From Blepharisma stoltei ATCC 30299 (lineage: Eukaryota > Protista > Ciliophora), in the NCBI GenBank assembly GCA_965603825.1, contig CBFDEM010000002.1, forward strand, positions 744,001-808,000: 64,000 nucleotides of DNA, read 5' to 3'. The position numbers and the translations under genes were made by a program. Shown here in pieces: positions 50,213-63,386 of the stretch. Under the pieces are notes generated by a model, which was not told the origin of the DNA, ran no database searches, and was given only the letters and a program-made list of their open reading frames with translations. How positions within the stretch are numbered: the stretch's first letter is position 1; each line of letters opens with the position of its first letter.

Positions 50213-51610
50213 TTATGTAGCATTAGAATCAAGTGTTGCAGTTGTATCACGCATTACTTTGCTAAGAGCCCGTTTAAACGATAGTCTCTCTCTATAATTA
50301 AAGTTCAGCATATCATACAAAAGTTCTCTCAGTCAAGGCAATCTCACATTGCTCAGTACTTTTTCTCTATTTATAGGATTTTCGTTAAACCTAGAAATGT
50401 CATCAAATGTTTCGCATTGATAAAGTACTAGCCCAAGTGAAAAAACGTCAGCTCGCTCAGGCCTATACTTGGCTTTCCCTTCTCCGTTTATATAAGCCTT
50501 CCTTAGTTCTGGAGCCATATAGCCTACAGTTCCTATCACATCATGCACTCCAGTTGCCGAATAAGTCCTTTCAATAGTTTCCCTGATTCCTGACACGTTA
50601 AAATCTGCAATTTTTCACTGTCCGTCCTTTGTAATTAAAATATTATCAGGCTTTATATCTTGATGGTAAATTTTATGGTTCACCAAGCTTTGAAAAGCCT
50701 CTAATAAGTCAAGAGCAATAGAACCTAATTCCTCTGGAGTAAATTTCGTATTTTGATCCTTTCTTGATTTTATTAGGTCAGAAAGACTGTGCTGGCAATA
50801 TTCCATGACAATATTTGAGCAGTATTTTATAACGTTGTTTTCTATTACCTCGTCACAAAAACATCCATAAAAATCTAGGAAAAATCGACTTGTTCCTGAG
50901 AGTTTATGTAAAATGCCTACTTCTTTTTGAAATTTTTTTAAACTTTTATACCCACCTTGCTCTTTATAAGTTTTTATGACTGCAGCAATTTGTTTTCCTT
51001 TCCACATGATTTTGCATTGATTAACATTAAGCTCACTTCTCACAAAAATAGGAGGACCCATGATGATTTGGCTTCTTTGAGTTATATAAACAGGCTGGTT
51101 TGGAACTGGCTCAGTAGGAACTGGGAAAAGTTCATTTAATTTTTTTAATTTTTCTTGAGTCTTTTCTTCAGCTATCTCCAATTGGTTAATAATTTTCAGA
51201 ATTTCTCTGCTTGTATCAGGGTCTTGAACAACCGTTTCTCCTTTGAATGCTTTAATTTTTTTGACATCATTTACGTCTTCAATCCATCTCAAAGCATATT
51301 CGATTATAACATTTTTGATTTCTCCAACTGGAATCTCTAGCTTCTGCAATTCCAATAAGTTTTGCAAATTAAGCAAAATTTGGTCTTTTTGATCACTGAT
51401 GCTATTTTTATATAATCCTGGCCTGACCTTAATTGAAATTAAACTTATTAGTTCATCTATGTTGATTCTGTATTTATAATGATAATCTTTTGCTTGTTTG
51501 GCCAATTGTATTCACTCTTCAAAGGTTTCTGCATTGTTAATGGCTTTACTAATTTTTGAGATTTCTCGTTCATACGTTTGTGATGATTGTTCAGCTAAAT
51601 AAGAATCCAT
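50213..51610 (-). CDS. Ser/Thr protein kinase, tandem copy 1, 465 aa
   Basis: VIK, HQDIKPDN, DFN, GT.GYMAPE, DVFSLG; three TGA codons. Confidence 0.85.
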
Positions 51611-51866
51611 TATAGAACTATCATATATATGAATTACAATATAAATAAAGAAGTTGATTTTTATTAGCACCTATTATTATACTCATTTGATTCATAGAAA
51701 CCAGAGAAGATAGATATAAAATATTTATTGCTTTCCTCAACTCGAAAAATTTGTAGAAACAAATGAATTATAAATGCTAAGCTAAAGCCGATTAATAAAA
51801 TCTCATAAAATTATATAGAAGGTGACAAATTTTTAAGGCATATTTAAAGAAAAGAATTAAATCAAG

Positions 51867-53561
51867 CTATTTCGCTTTATGATCGAGTGGCATCGTGGTA
51901 TCATGCGCTACTTTTTTAAGTGCCCTTCTAAACGATAGTCTGTCTTTATATTCAAAGCACAGCATATCATACAAAAGCTCTCTCAGCCAAGGCAATGTCA
52001 CATTCTGCAGCACTTTTTCTCGATTTTTAGAATCTTCATTAAATCTTGCAATATTATCAAATGTCGCCAATTGATAAAATATTAACCCAAGTGAAAAAAC
52101 GTCAGCTCGCTCAGGCCTATACTTGGCTTTTCCAATTCCATGTATCATAGCATACCTTAACTCTGGAGCCATATAGCTGGCAGTTCCTATTACATCATGT
52201 ACTCCAGTTGCCGCATAAGTGTTCTCAATAGTTTCCCTGATTCCTGACACATTAAAATCTGCAATTTTTAATTGTCCTTCCTTCGTAATTAAAATATTAT
52301 CAGGCTTTATATCTTGATGATAAATTTTATGGTTCACCAAGCTTAGAAAAGCCTCTAACAAGTCAAGAACAATAGAATTTAGTTCGGTTGGAGTAAAATT
52401 ATTATTTTGGCTTGCTCTTGATTTTATTAATTCAGTAAGACTGTACGGACAGTATTCCATAACGACATTTGAGCAGTATTTTATAACGTTGTTTTCTACT
52501 ATTTCGTCATAAAAAGAGCCATAGAATTCTAAGAAAAATCGACTTGTGCCTGAAAGTTTTTGTAAAATTTCTACTTCTTTTCGAAGTTTTTCAGCACTTT
52601 TATACCCATCTTGCTCTTTATAAGTTTTTATTACTGCATCAGTTTGTTTTCCTTTCCACATGATTCTGCATTGGTTAACATTTAACTCACTTCTAACAAA
52701 AATAGCAGGGCCCATGGCGATTTGGCTTCTTTGAGTTATAGGCCGGCTTTGCTCTTCAACAACTGGCTCAGCAAAAATTGGGAAAAGTTCATTTAATAGC
52801 TTAATTCTATCTTGAAGCTTTTCATCGGTTACTTCTAGCTGATTAACAATATCTAGAATTTTTTTGCTTGTATCAGGGTCTGGAATAACTGGTTCTCCTT
52901 TAAATGCTTTAAATTTTTTTATATCATTTATATCTTCAACCCATTTCAGCGCATAATCAATCACAATGTTATCAGCCTCTCCAGCTGGAACTCCCAACTT
53001 TTTTACAATTAACAAATTTTCCAAATTTTTTAAAATCTCATCTTTATTACTTGTCGAGCATTTTTCATAGAGTTTTACCTTTGCTCTTATAGATACTAAA
53101 TTTATGACATAGTTTATGTCAGTTCCGAACATGTCATGAAAAGCTTTCGCATGCTTAGCCCATTCTAAGATTTCTGGAAAAGTTTCAGACACATTGACTC
53201 CTTCGCTTATTTTTGCAATTGCCCGATCGTTGGCTTTAGGGCAAATTATGTTGCAACTCTGAGCCAGATAACCAAGATTGTCTAAAATATGAGAAGCCAA
53301 TTCTGGAGTAATTTTAGGGTCTTGCGGGTTTTCTGTGGTGACTGGAAGCTGAAGAATGGAATATGCATAGCAAGCGCTTCATAGTTTCCATAAATCAACA
53401 CCTTGGTTTAAAGCAACTTCTTGAGAAAAGCCATTGTACAAGGACACCAGGTCATTATATGAAAATCTATAGTTTTTTCGGATTAGCTCTTTTGCGGAAT
53501 CACCTTGGACGTCTCTGTAGGTATTCGCAATATCGACGATTGAGCTAAAGAGGTCGACCAT
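51867..53561 (-). CDS. Ser/Thr protein kinase, tandem copy 2, 564 aa
   Basis: Same motifs; extended to ATG 53561 via TGA at 53379. Confidence 0.88.
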
Positions 53562-54102
53562 ATAATTGTAGAGTGATTAAACATTAAGCTTAATTTGTGT
53601 ATAATCTGATATAATTTTGCTTATATGAGGGAAATACAGAATTATCGAAATAAATTTCATTAGGGTATTTTCTATAAAGTTGTTTTTATTTGGATTATTA
53701 AACTATTCGGAAGATTGTGGAAAAAAATATTTGGAATAGCAAAAAATTAAATGCTAAGCGTGCTGTTGTAATAATAAGAATGGTAATCATTATAAAAAAA
53801 TTTAATTATAGAGACTTGATAATAAGACTGAATTTAAAAGTAATTTTAAAGAAAAAGCTGATTATTAATAATAAATTTGATCGCAAATATAAAGCTGCTA
53901 TAGCAATCTAAAAATCAACCCTTCTCTGAGGTTTTTTTTCTTATTCTACCTTTTATAAAATTATGCACAACGAATATGGTCAGAATCTATATAAGTTTTT
54001 ATGACAATTTTACCTATTTTTATTATCATCTCTGGAGATGGAGTAGTTAAATTTTCAAATTATTAAGCTGATTATTTCATCATTGTTAATTTATTTGAAT
54101 TA

Positions 54103-55809
54103 TTAAGAGAGCGGCTCTGTTGAGTATCTTTTCATATGCTTCAAAATCCTCCTAAACGAAGGCCTTTTCTTATATTCAAAATCAAGCATCTCATATATAA
54201 GTTTTTGCAGCCAAGGCAGCTTTACATCTTTCCTCACTTTTTCCCTGTTATTTTTATCATCGTTAAATCTTGAAATGCTTTTAAATGTTGCACATAGATA
54301 AAATACAAGCCCAAGTGAAAAAACATCAGATCGCTCAGGCCTGTACTTTTCTACTGATTTACCATTTATCCAAGCTTTTTTTAGCTCTGGGGCCATAAAG
54401 CTTGTTGTTCCTAAAACATCATGCTCTTCAGTAGGCATACAAGTATTTTCTATTACTTCAACGACGCCAGATATATTGAAATCACCGATTTTTAATTGTC
54501 CATCTTTTGACACTAGTATATTGTCTGGCTTAATATCTCTATGGTAAATTCTTAAATTAACTAAACTTTTAAAAGCTTCGAGCAAGTCAAGGCAAATTTT
54601 GTAAAGCTCTTCTTCAGAAAATATTAGGCCTTTGCTTTTTCTTGCTTTAATTATATCAGCTAGAGAGTTTGGGCAATATTCCATTAAAACGCTATAGCAG
54701 AACTTTTCGGTATTATTTTCAATTACTTTATCAATAAAGCTGCCATAATAGTCTAGAAAAAATCAACCCCTGCCTGAGGTCATGCTTAATATTTCTACTT
54801 CTTTTTTGAATCTCTCACGGTATTTATTGGAATTTTTATCTTCTTTATAAGTTTTTATAGCTGCAATAATTTCTTGACCATACCAATTTAGTTTACATTC
54901 GTAAACACTTATATCATTATGCTTAAAAATCGCATTTCCCATTACTATTTGACTTCTATGAGTAATTAAAGCAGGACTAGGCTCATCCAGCTCTTTAATT
55001 TCCTCAACTGCCGGGACATATTGGTCTGGAAAAATTTCATCTAAATTTTTGATTTTTTCTTGATATTTTTCTTCACTTAATTCCAATTTTTTAATCACTC
55101 TCAGCATTTTTCTACTTGTATCTGGGTCTGGATTTACCTTCTCTCCTCGAAACTCTTTAAATTTTTTTAAATCATTTACATCATCAATCCATGCTAACGC
55201 ATAATCAACCACAATATTTTGTACATCGTCACCTGAAATTTCCAGGTTTTTTAATTCCAATAAATTTTCTAAATTTTTTAAAATTATATCTTTGTTGTCT
55301 GAGCTGGAATTTTTATAAAATTCTGTTTTTGATTTAATAGAAATTAAGTTTATGACATAGTCAATCCCAGTTCCTAGTTGTTTGCTAATATCTTTTGCAA
55401 GTCTAGCCCATTCTATCATTTCTTCAATAGATTCAGCATTATTTATAGCCTCACTGATTCTTGAAACAAGCCGTTCATTGGCTTTTGGGAACGGCTGATT
55501 ATATTGAGTAGCTAGATATAAAAGATGTTCAAAAGCCTGAGGCGCTAATTTTGAATTAAATGAAGGATTTTCAGAGTTTTCTTTGACAAAAGGAAGCGTA
55601 AGAATTGCATTTGCATAGCAAGCACGCCACAATTTTCACAAATCAACATTTGGGTTATTTTCAGAATCCTGGATGAGACCATTGTATAGATTTATCAGAT
55701 CGCTGTAGGAAGAACTGCTGTTTTTACGGATGAGCTCATTTGCAGAATCCCCTCGAACTTTTCCATAAGTTTTTGATATCTCGTCAATTGAGATTAAGAG
55801 GTCAACCAT
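54103..55809 (-). CDS. Ser/Thr protein kinase, tandem copy 3, 568 aa
   Basis: AIK, HRDIKPDN, DFN, FMAPE; MVDL start shared with copy 2. Confidence 0.88.
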
Positions 55810-56221
55810 AATAATTGTAGAGAGATTACAAATGAAGATAAATTTTGATATTTTTTTGGATTATATTGAAATGAATATTTTAATTAAATTAATTATTACT
55901 ATTTGGCTTGAATCATTAATTATATCTTTTATAAAGAATGCACTGAATAAATCAGATTTGGCATTTCTATTATTTAAAAATAGATATAATTCTCTAGGAG
56001 GTATACCAAATCTGAGGGAAAAACCTATATAAGTAGCAAAAAGTATTCAATGCATATAAAAATCTTTATAAATCAAAATATTTGGTCTCTTAATAGGAAA
56101 AATTGGATCTTCATTTATTTAATTAATTAAATTACTTTAACTACCACACCATTTAATGCATATCAGTCTGCCATCATTTCTTTGAAATTTGGAATTAGTT
56201 TATATTAAAAGTAATAATATA

Positions 56222-56797
56222 ATGTCATATGATTATCTAATCAAAGGGATGTTAATCGGAGACTCTCAAGTTGGAAAGTCAAATTTACTTCTGAGATATG
56301 CTGAGAATAATTTCAGAGAAGAGTACAATGCGACAATAGGCGTTGAATTTGGAACGAAAATTAAAAATATCAATGAACTAGCGATAAAATTTCAATTGTG
56401 GGATACATCTGGCCAAGAATCATTCAGATCGATTACTAGATCCTACTATAGAGCTGTTGCAGCAGCATTCATAGTTTACGACGTCACAAGTAGAGGGAGC
56501 TTTGAACATCTGACCAATTGGGTTTCTGAAGCAATGGCAAATGCTCCTAGAACTGTCGTAGCAGCCTTGGTTGGAAATAAAATTGATAGAGAAGAGGAAA
56601 GAAAAGTTTTATTTGAAGAAGGCCAAAAATTTGCAAATGATCACCAAATGATTTATTTGGAAACTTCAGCTAAAACTGGATGGAATGTTGACAATGTGTT
56701 TAATTTTGTTGCTGCAGAAATTTTGGCCAGGATCAGAAATGGGCAGATCGATGTAGAGGATGCAAGCAATGGGATTAAAATCTCAAGGCAAAAATAA
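56222..56797 (+). CDS. Rab2/4/14-like small GTPase
   Basis: GDSQVGKS, TIGVEFG, WDTSGQESFRSITRSYYR, GNKID, ETSAK. Confidence 0.9.
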   Translation: MSYDYLIKGMLIGDSQVGKSNLLLRYAENNFREEYNATIGVEFGTKIKNINELAIKFQLWDTSGQESFRSITRSYYRAVAAAFIVYDVTSRGSFEHLTNWVSEAMANAPRTVVAALVGNKIDREEERKVLFEEGQKFANDHQMIYLETSAKTGWNVDNVFNFVAAEILARIRNGQIDVEDASNGIKISRQK

Positions 56798-57081
56798 TAA
56801 ATACTAATAAAAGTTTGAAACATAGGGAAAATTAGAATGCTTCTAAATTCAAAAATAATTGTAAAATTAAGCAAATAAAGAATGATTTTCTATTTTCAGT
56901 TGGAGTTATAATGTTAAGCTAGGAAAATTATTCTAAAAATAGCTTTATGACTTAGCTTCCTTTTTGCCTCGAGCATAGTAATTTATTATATAAACTTATG
57001 AAATAGCCAAGTCTTATCCTTTCTCATCAATTCCATGAATATTTTTAAAGAAACTTAAACTAAATTTTATAATTTTATTTA

Positions 57082-57636
57082 TTAAAATCCCAAAACAGCA
57101 TGAAGCTGCCTTAATATCAATTTTAGTGCCAACTTTGAAATATAGCCGTTGAAGTCTCTTTCAATTGCTTGAATATCACTCATAGGTATCCCAGTCTCTT
57201 CCTCATCACTTCTTCTATAATGAGCTGACATAGAAATTCTTAAATTAGGCGCATGTGAAAAAATCCATATTAAAACCCTTTGATCATAATTTTCCAAAAC
57301 TTTTCTGCAGAATTTTTCATACTCTTTCCAATGAAATGATACTGTTTTCTTTATCAAAATGGAGGCTATAATTAAGAATTCCTCTAGGCTATTGATTTTC
57401 TGCTTGTTACAAGCCCGAAGTAATAAGTCTAGTAGCTTTATTTGGATAAAATCGAGATGGAAAGTATTTGAAACTTTAAAAAGCGTACTGTAAAATTCGT
57501 TATTATTCTCACGAAGATAGGCGGAATTAGAAATACAAACCCGATTTATAAGCTGAGGCTGCTTATAATTGGATTTATTAACGTATTTTAACTCGAATAG
57601 CTTCAAAGTGCTAACCTTTTTTGCCTTTTTCACCAT
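57082..57636 (-). CDS. Hypothetical protein (start uncertain)
   Basis: About 184-codon open frame, no recognisable motif. Confidence 0.45.
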   Translation of the reverse strand: MVKKAKKVSTLKLFELKYVNKSNYKQPQLINRVCISNSAYLRENNNEFYSTLFKVSNTFHLDFIQIKLLDLLLRACNKQKINSLEEFLIIASILIKKTVSFHWKEYEKFCRKVLENYDQRVLIWIFSHAPNLRISMSAHYRRSDEEETGIPMSDIQAIERDFNGYISKLALKLILRQLHAVLGF

Positions 57637-58708
57637 ATATCTAATATTTGACAATGATCAATGATGGCATTTTTATTGATTTTAATTTTAGGAATTTATA
57701 AAGCATTTTACAAAATTAAATAAGAAAAGGAATAGTTGTCAGAATAAAATAAAAAATTTTATAGCTATTTTTAAAATGATCAGAAGCCTAATAAACAATT
57801 AATTAGTAAAATAAAATGACTGGAAAATAAGGAATTTTTTATTATGGTTACAATAAAAAAGCTCAGATTCAAAGCTTAAAGAGCCAATAAGCTTAAATTG
57901 ATAAGAATAATGCTAGATCGTTATTTCAGAAACCCTAAAAGCTATCGGTGATATTATCTTGCAAAGTGTAACTGTTTTTCACACTAAGAAAAATTTTAAA
58001 TGTATAATTTCAGATTATTTTAATTTTAACGTTTAGCAATTTTTTTTTTAATTCTGATTTTATCAAATTATTATTTCATTTACGCTAACTTAATTAATTA
58101 TTGCCAAATCAAGGTACCAATAAAATAAGCTATTATATTTTATTTATCCCCATTCTCACATCACCCACCCAGGTTTTATTTCTTGTTTCCTTGCTTATCT
58201 TGCCCATCAAATATCAGATACCACTGACTTCGATAGACTGTTCTTCAAAGTCACCTTGATTTCCTCAGCTCTTCTTCAGGCTCTCAATAAAACCAACGTC
58301 AATCCACCTGGCACGGAAATGCCTAGTCTCACAAGCCCATCATGAGTCCCTCTTTAAAAATTTCATTGACTAAGACATAATCCAAACTGCTGCTTAAAGT
58401 GGACTCTTGCTTTGGATAAATTTGTGGATGAACCTGAAGCTTATGATTAAATTTGGAATTTCGTTTCTTGAGCAGAAAATTTGATTTTTAATATCAAAAA
58501 ATATGAAAAGCATAATAAAGCTTTCCCAGATATATCAGTTTCTATTAATCAAAATAGTGTTTAATTAATACGAAATAATTAAAAGAAATGATATATATAA
58601 AGGAAATAAATAAAGACGCTGAACAATAAACTTCTAATGATATTAACAAACTTAACTTTATTTTTAATTACTGTTCAAATTGAATTACCAGTAATATTTA
58701 TCCTTAAA

Positions 58709-59995
58709 ATGAGTAAATATACACTAAAAGACCTTCTGATTAAAAAATCAGGGAAATTCGAAACAAGCACTTCAGAATCAATTTTTAATGAATGAAGGTC
58801 ATGCGAGCTATTATCTGGATTTTTTAGCTTAATAGGACTTGCAGCCGCTACTTTTGATTATGAATTTAGTTACTCTTTTGACCGGACTCATGACAATTGC
58901 GCAGAAAAACTAGACCGAGTTGAATATTTCCGAGAAATGATTTGTGTTACCACTTTTGCTTCCTTCTTTTTCCTTGTTCAAAGAGATAGCAAAAAGGCTC
59001 TATTAGATAAATACTTAATGAAGCAGGAACCGGAATATAAAGTTACAATATGAAATTTTCCAGTAATTTTAAAAAGGAAAATTAAAAATACCTTTAGTTT
59101 TAGCAGAATTATTGAGCTTTTTCTGCTATTTATTTTTCCATATCCTTATGTGAATGCGCCGGTTTATATGCCATATCGACATAACTATGAAATTATAAAT
59201 ATCTGCTATAATCTTTCAGAACTTTTATATATTTTTATGATAGTGAGACTAATTTTTGTATATAGAGCTATTATCAATTATACTCCCTATCAAAATCATT
59301 TAGCAAGAACTTTCTGCTTAAATCATAACGCCAAATCAAATGTAAGATTTGTATTTAAATGCTTAGTAGCTCTACATCCTCTAGTAGTAATTTTATTTTT
59401 GCTATTGATTCCTTCTGTAATTATATGTGGCTGTTTAATGAGAATTGTGGAGAGGCCTTTAATTGATCTTTCTCATCAAGATTTTCATAACCCATTAAGT
59501 GGGATCTGGTGCATGTTTTCTTCAATGTCTAGTGTAGGTTTTGGGGATCTTTATCCTATTAGCTATTTAGGCAGAATTATGGCTGTTTTAGGCTACTGCC
59601 TCGGCACAATTTTTCTATCTCTTATCATATTAGTTATTCAAAAAAACTCAAATTTCACGACTAATGAGACAAAATCATTTTCTTCTATTTATAAAACTAA
59701 AGCAGCAGCGGAAACTATACAAGCTGGCCTGGTTTATTTTGGATTAAAAAATAAATATGGTAAAAATCATCAATTTACTAAGAAATCATATGGAATTTTA
59801 CGTGAAAAAATAATAAAAGTTAAAAAAAATAGAGAAAATATTTTCAAAATGGGTGGGGCTGGAGACGAATTTTTATCAGCGATAAAAGAAAAAGTGGAAA
59901 AACTAACAGACCATTTAGATAAAGTCGAAAAACTGTGTGAGAAAATTATTAATAATAGAAAATTTCAAAAATTCCTTGAAGAAGAAAGAAAATAA
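58709..59995 (+). CDS. SK-like (small-conductance Ca-activated family) potassium channel, 428 aa
   Basis: Extended to ATG 58709 through two TGA; IFPYP, S.SSVGFGDLYP pore, C-terminal coiled region. Confidence 0.87.
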
Positions 59996-60023
59996 TAATT
60001 ATATATTTAATTAAATTTCACTT

Positions 60024-61130
60024 TTAACCAAATATTAATAAAATCGCTGAAATTGCCAATATAATCGCTCCACTAGCACTAGAATTTAAACTGACATTTG
60101 TAGGGAATAGCCCAAGCTGGTTTACACAAGCATCAATAGCCTCAGATTCATATAAAGTCCAATATGTAGCTTGATCACTCATCGACGTCAAATACTCTTG
60201 CTCACTACTAGAAAGTGAGCTGCAATTAAATAACTCTGTAAAATTATCAGTATGTGAAAACCTCCCTGAACAGTCAGAGCTACTGTATTGAAGCTTAGGG
60301 AAAACTTGATCCCAAAAGCCAATTACATTTCCAAAGCTTCCGCAATATCCTGCACTATTATCAACTCCTCCACATTGACACCAATCTGTAGCTGCAGTTA
60401 CCCCATCTGAAGCATAAACATATTTACATTGTTCGCCTAAGTTACATTTAAACGGAGATGACAAGGCCTGAGTGCTATTATCTGTATATATCAAAATCCC
60501 ATCACATTTTCCATTTCTCTGAAAATCTGACTTACAAAACATTTTATCAGAAACCGATGAATTTATGTCTTTTGTAAAAAGCTTGGTACATGTAGAATTA
60601 TTGCAGCCGTATCCAATAGGGCATTCATTATTAACAGTACATGCATCGCCACTAGACAGAAGGCTTGCACAAGTCCTAGAGCTTGTAGAATTCGTACCAT
60701 TCCCAGACGTAAAATTTTTGCAAAAATAGCCAGGCTGACATTCTTCATCAGCTGTACAATTGGCACCATTTGCAAGTCCTTTGCAAATTCCACTGCTGCA
60801 GCTACCACTTACACAGTTAGAATCAGTGCAGCAGGATTTTCCTGTTAAAGTTGTGGAATTTGCTGAGCAGTCCCTTGTGGAGGTCACTTGAGCTGGTTTT
60901 GCTTCACAAGTGGCTGAGGTTCAGTTTCCAGTTGTGGAGGAAAATTGGTCGTTGTCAGAGCATGAGCTGTTTGAGGAGGAGCAGGGGGTTACCACGACTG
61001 TGTTATTATTGGAATAAACTGATATACATTGATTATTTGTACCTGTGCCGCAGGTGATTTTGCTGCAGGATTGATATTCTAAGCCAAAAGTGACTGTAGA
61101 AAGGATGAGGAAGGCTAGGCTTGATTTCAT
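60024..61130 (-). CDS. Cys-rich secreted, probably GPI-anchored surface protein, 368 aa
   Basis: Signal peptide ORF joined via TGA at 60921; repeated C-x5-C..G..C units; hydrophobic tail. Confidence 0.82.
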
Positions 61131-62483
61131 ATTTATTATAGATACTGGTTTGGAAACTTTGTTAATGGAAAAAAAGAGCCTGATCGGAAAGGGATGATTT
61201 TCAAAATGGAGAGGAAAAATTGGAAATTATTATTGATGGAAAAGGGTATTATATGATGTCTTGGAGGATGCAAAAGATATGAGAAAAGAAGAATTAATAG
61301 GTATAGGAATAGAAATTGAGGTAATTATAGTATAAAACTACTTTCATAAAAGTAGAATATTTTTTTACAATTAATAAACAAGACTCTCTTTTAAAACTTT
61401 AATTAGTTTCTGATGGCCGAGGAAAACCTTTTGCTGGTGTTGTTCTATCAATACGAACATGAAAAATTATTTTTCAACTAAAAGGATACTGAGCTTGAAA
61501 AATCGGATTTTTTTCTTAATGGTTTGGCTTAGACTCATAGTTTGTAAAAAATTAATATATCCTTGAGAACCAGATGAGAATATCGCCATTTATTTAAACA
61601 ATTTTTTAATTTATAATTAAAATTTTTATAGCTTTTATTGATACCATTATTAATTGTTCTATTTTTCGAAGCCAGCGTGGCTATGTAATGCCAATTGTAC
61701 CATTAAGAAGAACTTTAAACAATTTTATTCTTCTTAGTTTAGATTTTATTTTTCTACCAGAAAACTACCATTTTACTATTTTCCAAGAGCCATTATTTAT
61801 TTTTATTATATTTAATGTAAAAAATAAATTTTAAGCTCCTCGAGCAAATATAAATTCTTTTTATATGAGATATAAAACTGAGACAAAAATTAACTAATTT
61901 CCAAAAAAGAAATTTTTTGATTTTTGAAATTAGATATCCTAATTTCTTTTCTAATTTTTCCAATTTTTAAGCTTAATAAGCCTACTTAGGAAGAATTTAC
62001 AGTGTGAAGAAGGATTCTGCTACGGCATGAGTCTTTCTAGTGTTGAATCTATGAAGCATTGGAGTTGAAATGCAGATAAAGACATGATGAAAATGAGGAG
62101 TCAGGGAGACTTAGATGGATTTTTTTATATAACCGAAGTTAGAGATCCAGTGGATTCCAGGGAAAATATGATTTAGATAGCATATATGGATGCGAAAGTA
62201 GGTGATCCATTTAAAAAAAGATTTCTCCTAAATATAGATAAACTTGGAGATCTGATGGAGTTTTGTTGTTGCTGTGAGTTTTTGCTTGTGGAGGTGATTA
62301 GGCTTTTGCTTTGTGGAAAGATGTGAACAATTGATTAAAAAGAGAGAATTCCTGGTATGGCCGGCTGAAATATTTTTGCTCGCTCATATAAGGGGATTTA
62401 GCAATTTATTTGTTAAAAACTTCATTATAAGCTGATAAAAATCATTTGATTACGATATTTACTGCAATCAGGTTGATGTAAAA

Positions 62484-63386
62484 ATGGAAAAATCAATTCA
62501 TCAAGGAGACATAGGGCCCACAATATATAAATCTCGATCTCAATATGGCTTTAGGACCCACCCTACAAAATTTAATTCATGCCCCAATGGAAGTTTAGAA
62601 AACACTTCTAGTTATGCAATACCTTCCCTAAAAGGATCAAAAATTGGGAAGAAAGCCATCTTAAGTCATAGAACCTCAGTAAAAGTTTCAAAACCAATAG
62701 GAAATATTTCATATAATCTTAATAAAGGAAATTCCTCAACAGAGCCTTCTAAGCCAAAACGTGTCCCATATAGCATAATCCATATGAACGACTTCATAAG
62801 ATCCTACTCATCAAAAAGTGTCCTTGCATTAACCCGAAAAAGATCTAAATGCAACACAAGCATTCCTTTAGGAAAAACCCAAACCCAGCCTATTTACAAT
62901 TTTTCAAACCAATCTTTATTTGGCTTAAAAGATCATTTTATTCCTTTATTTTCATGCACAACTTTGCCAATGAACCCAAAAAATGAGTTTTCTAGGTCAA
63001 TTTCCCCAATTCCAAATTTGGATGGGAAAAATGGCTCAAAAGTTAACGAAATTAAGCTGGATTTTAAAGGATATGATGCAAAAAGTGATATAAAAGTAGA
63101 AGGAGAATTAAAGCAGGATTGCAGTATTGATAAATCTGATCCAGATTTAATCAGTGAGCAGAATATAGAAAAATATGCAGAAATTGATTTAAAATTCCCT
63201 AATAATGAAAAACTTAGAAGAGCTATTAAGGGAATTTCCTCAAAGAGGATAATTTCAAGACCAAAAACATCTTCAATGGACTTGCGGAGACCGAGTACTC
63301 GCCGAAGAAGTGTAGCTACTAATTATGGAGATGCTGAGAGTGACGAGCTTACAGGATGGGATAATCTTAATATTCGATTAATGTAA
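62484..63386 (+). CDS. Hypothetical low-complexity S/K/R-rich protein, 300 aa
   Basis: Long ATG-TAA ORF. Confidence 0.7.
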   Translation: MEKSIHQGDIGPTIYKSRSQYGFRTHPTKFNSCPNGSLENTSSYAIPSLKGSKIGKKAILSHRTSVKVSKPIGNISYNLNKGNSSTEPSKPKRVPYSIIHMNDFIRSYSSKSVLALTRKRSKCNTSIPLGKTQTQPIYNFSNQSLFGLKDHFIPLFSCTTLPMNPKNEFSRSISPIPNLDGKNGSKVNEIKLDFKGYDAKSDIKVEGELKQDCSIDKSDPDLISEQNIEKYAEIDLKFPNNEKLRRAIKGISSKRIISRPKTSSMDLRRPSTRRRSVATNYGDAESDELTGWDNLNIRLM

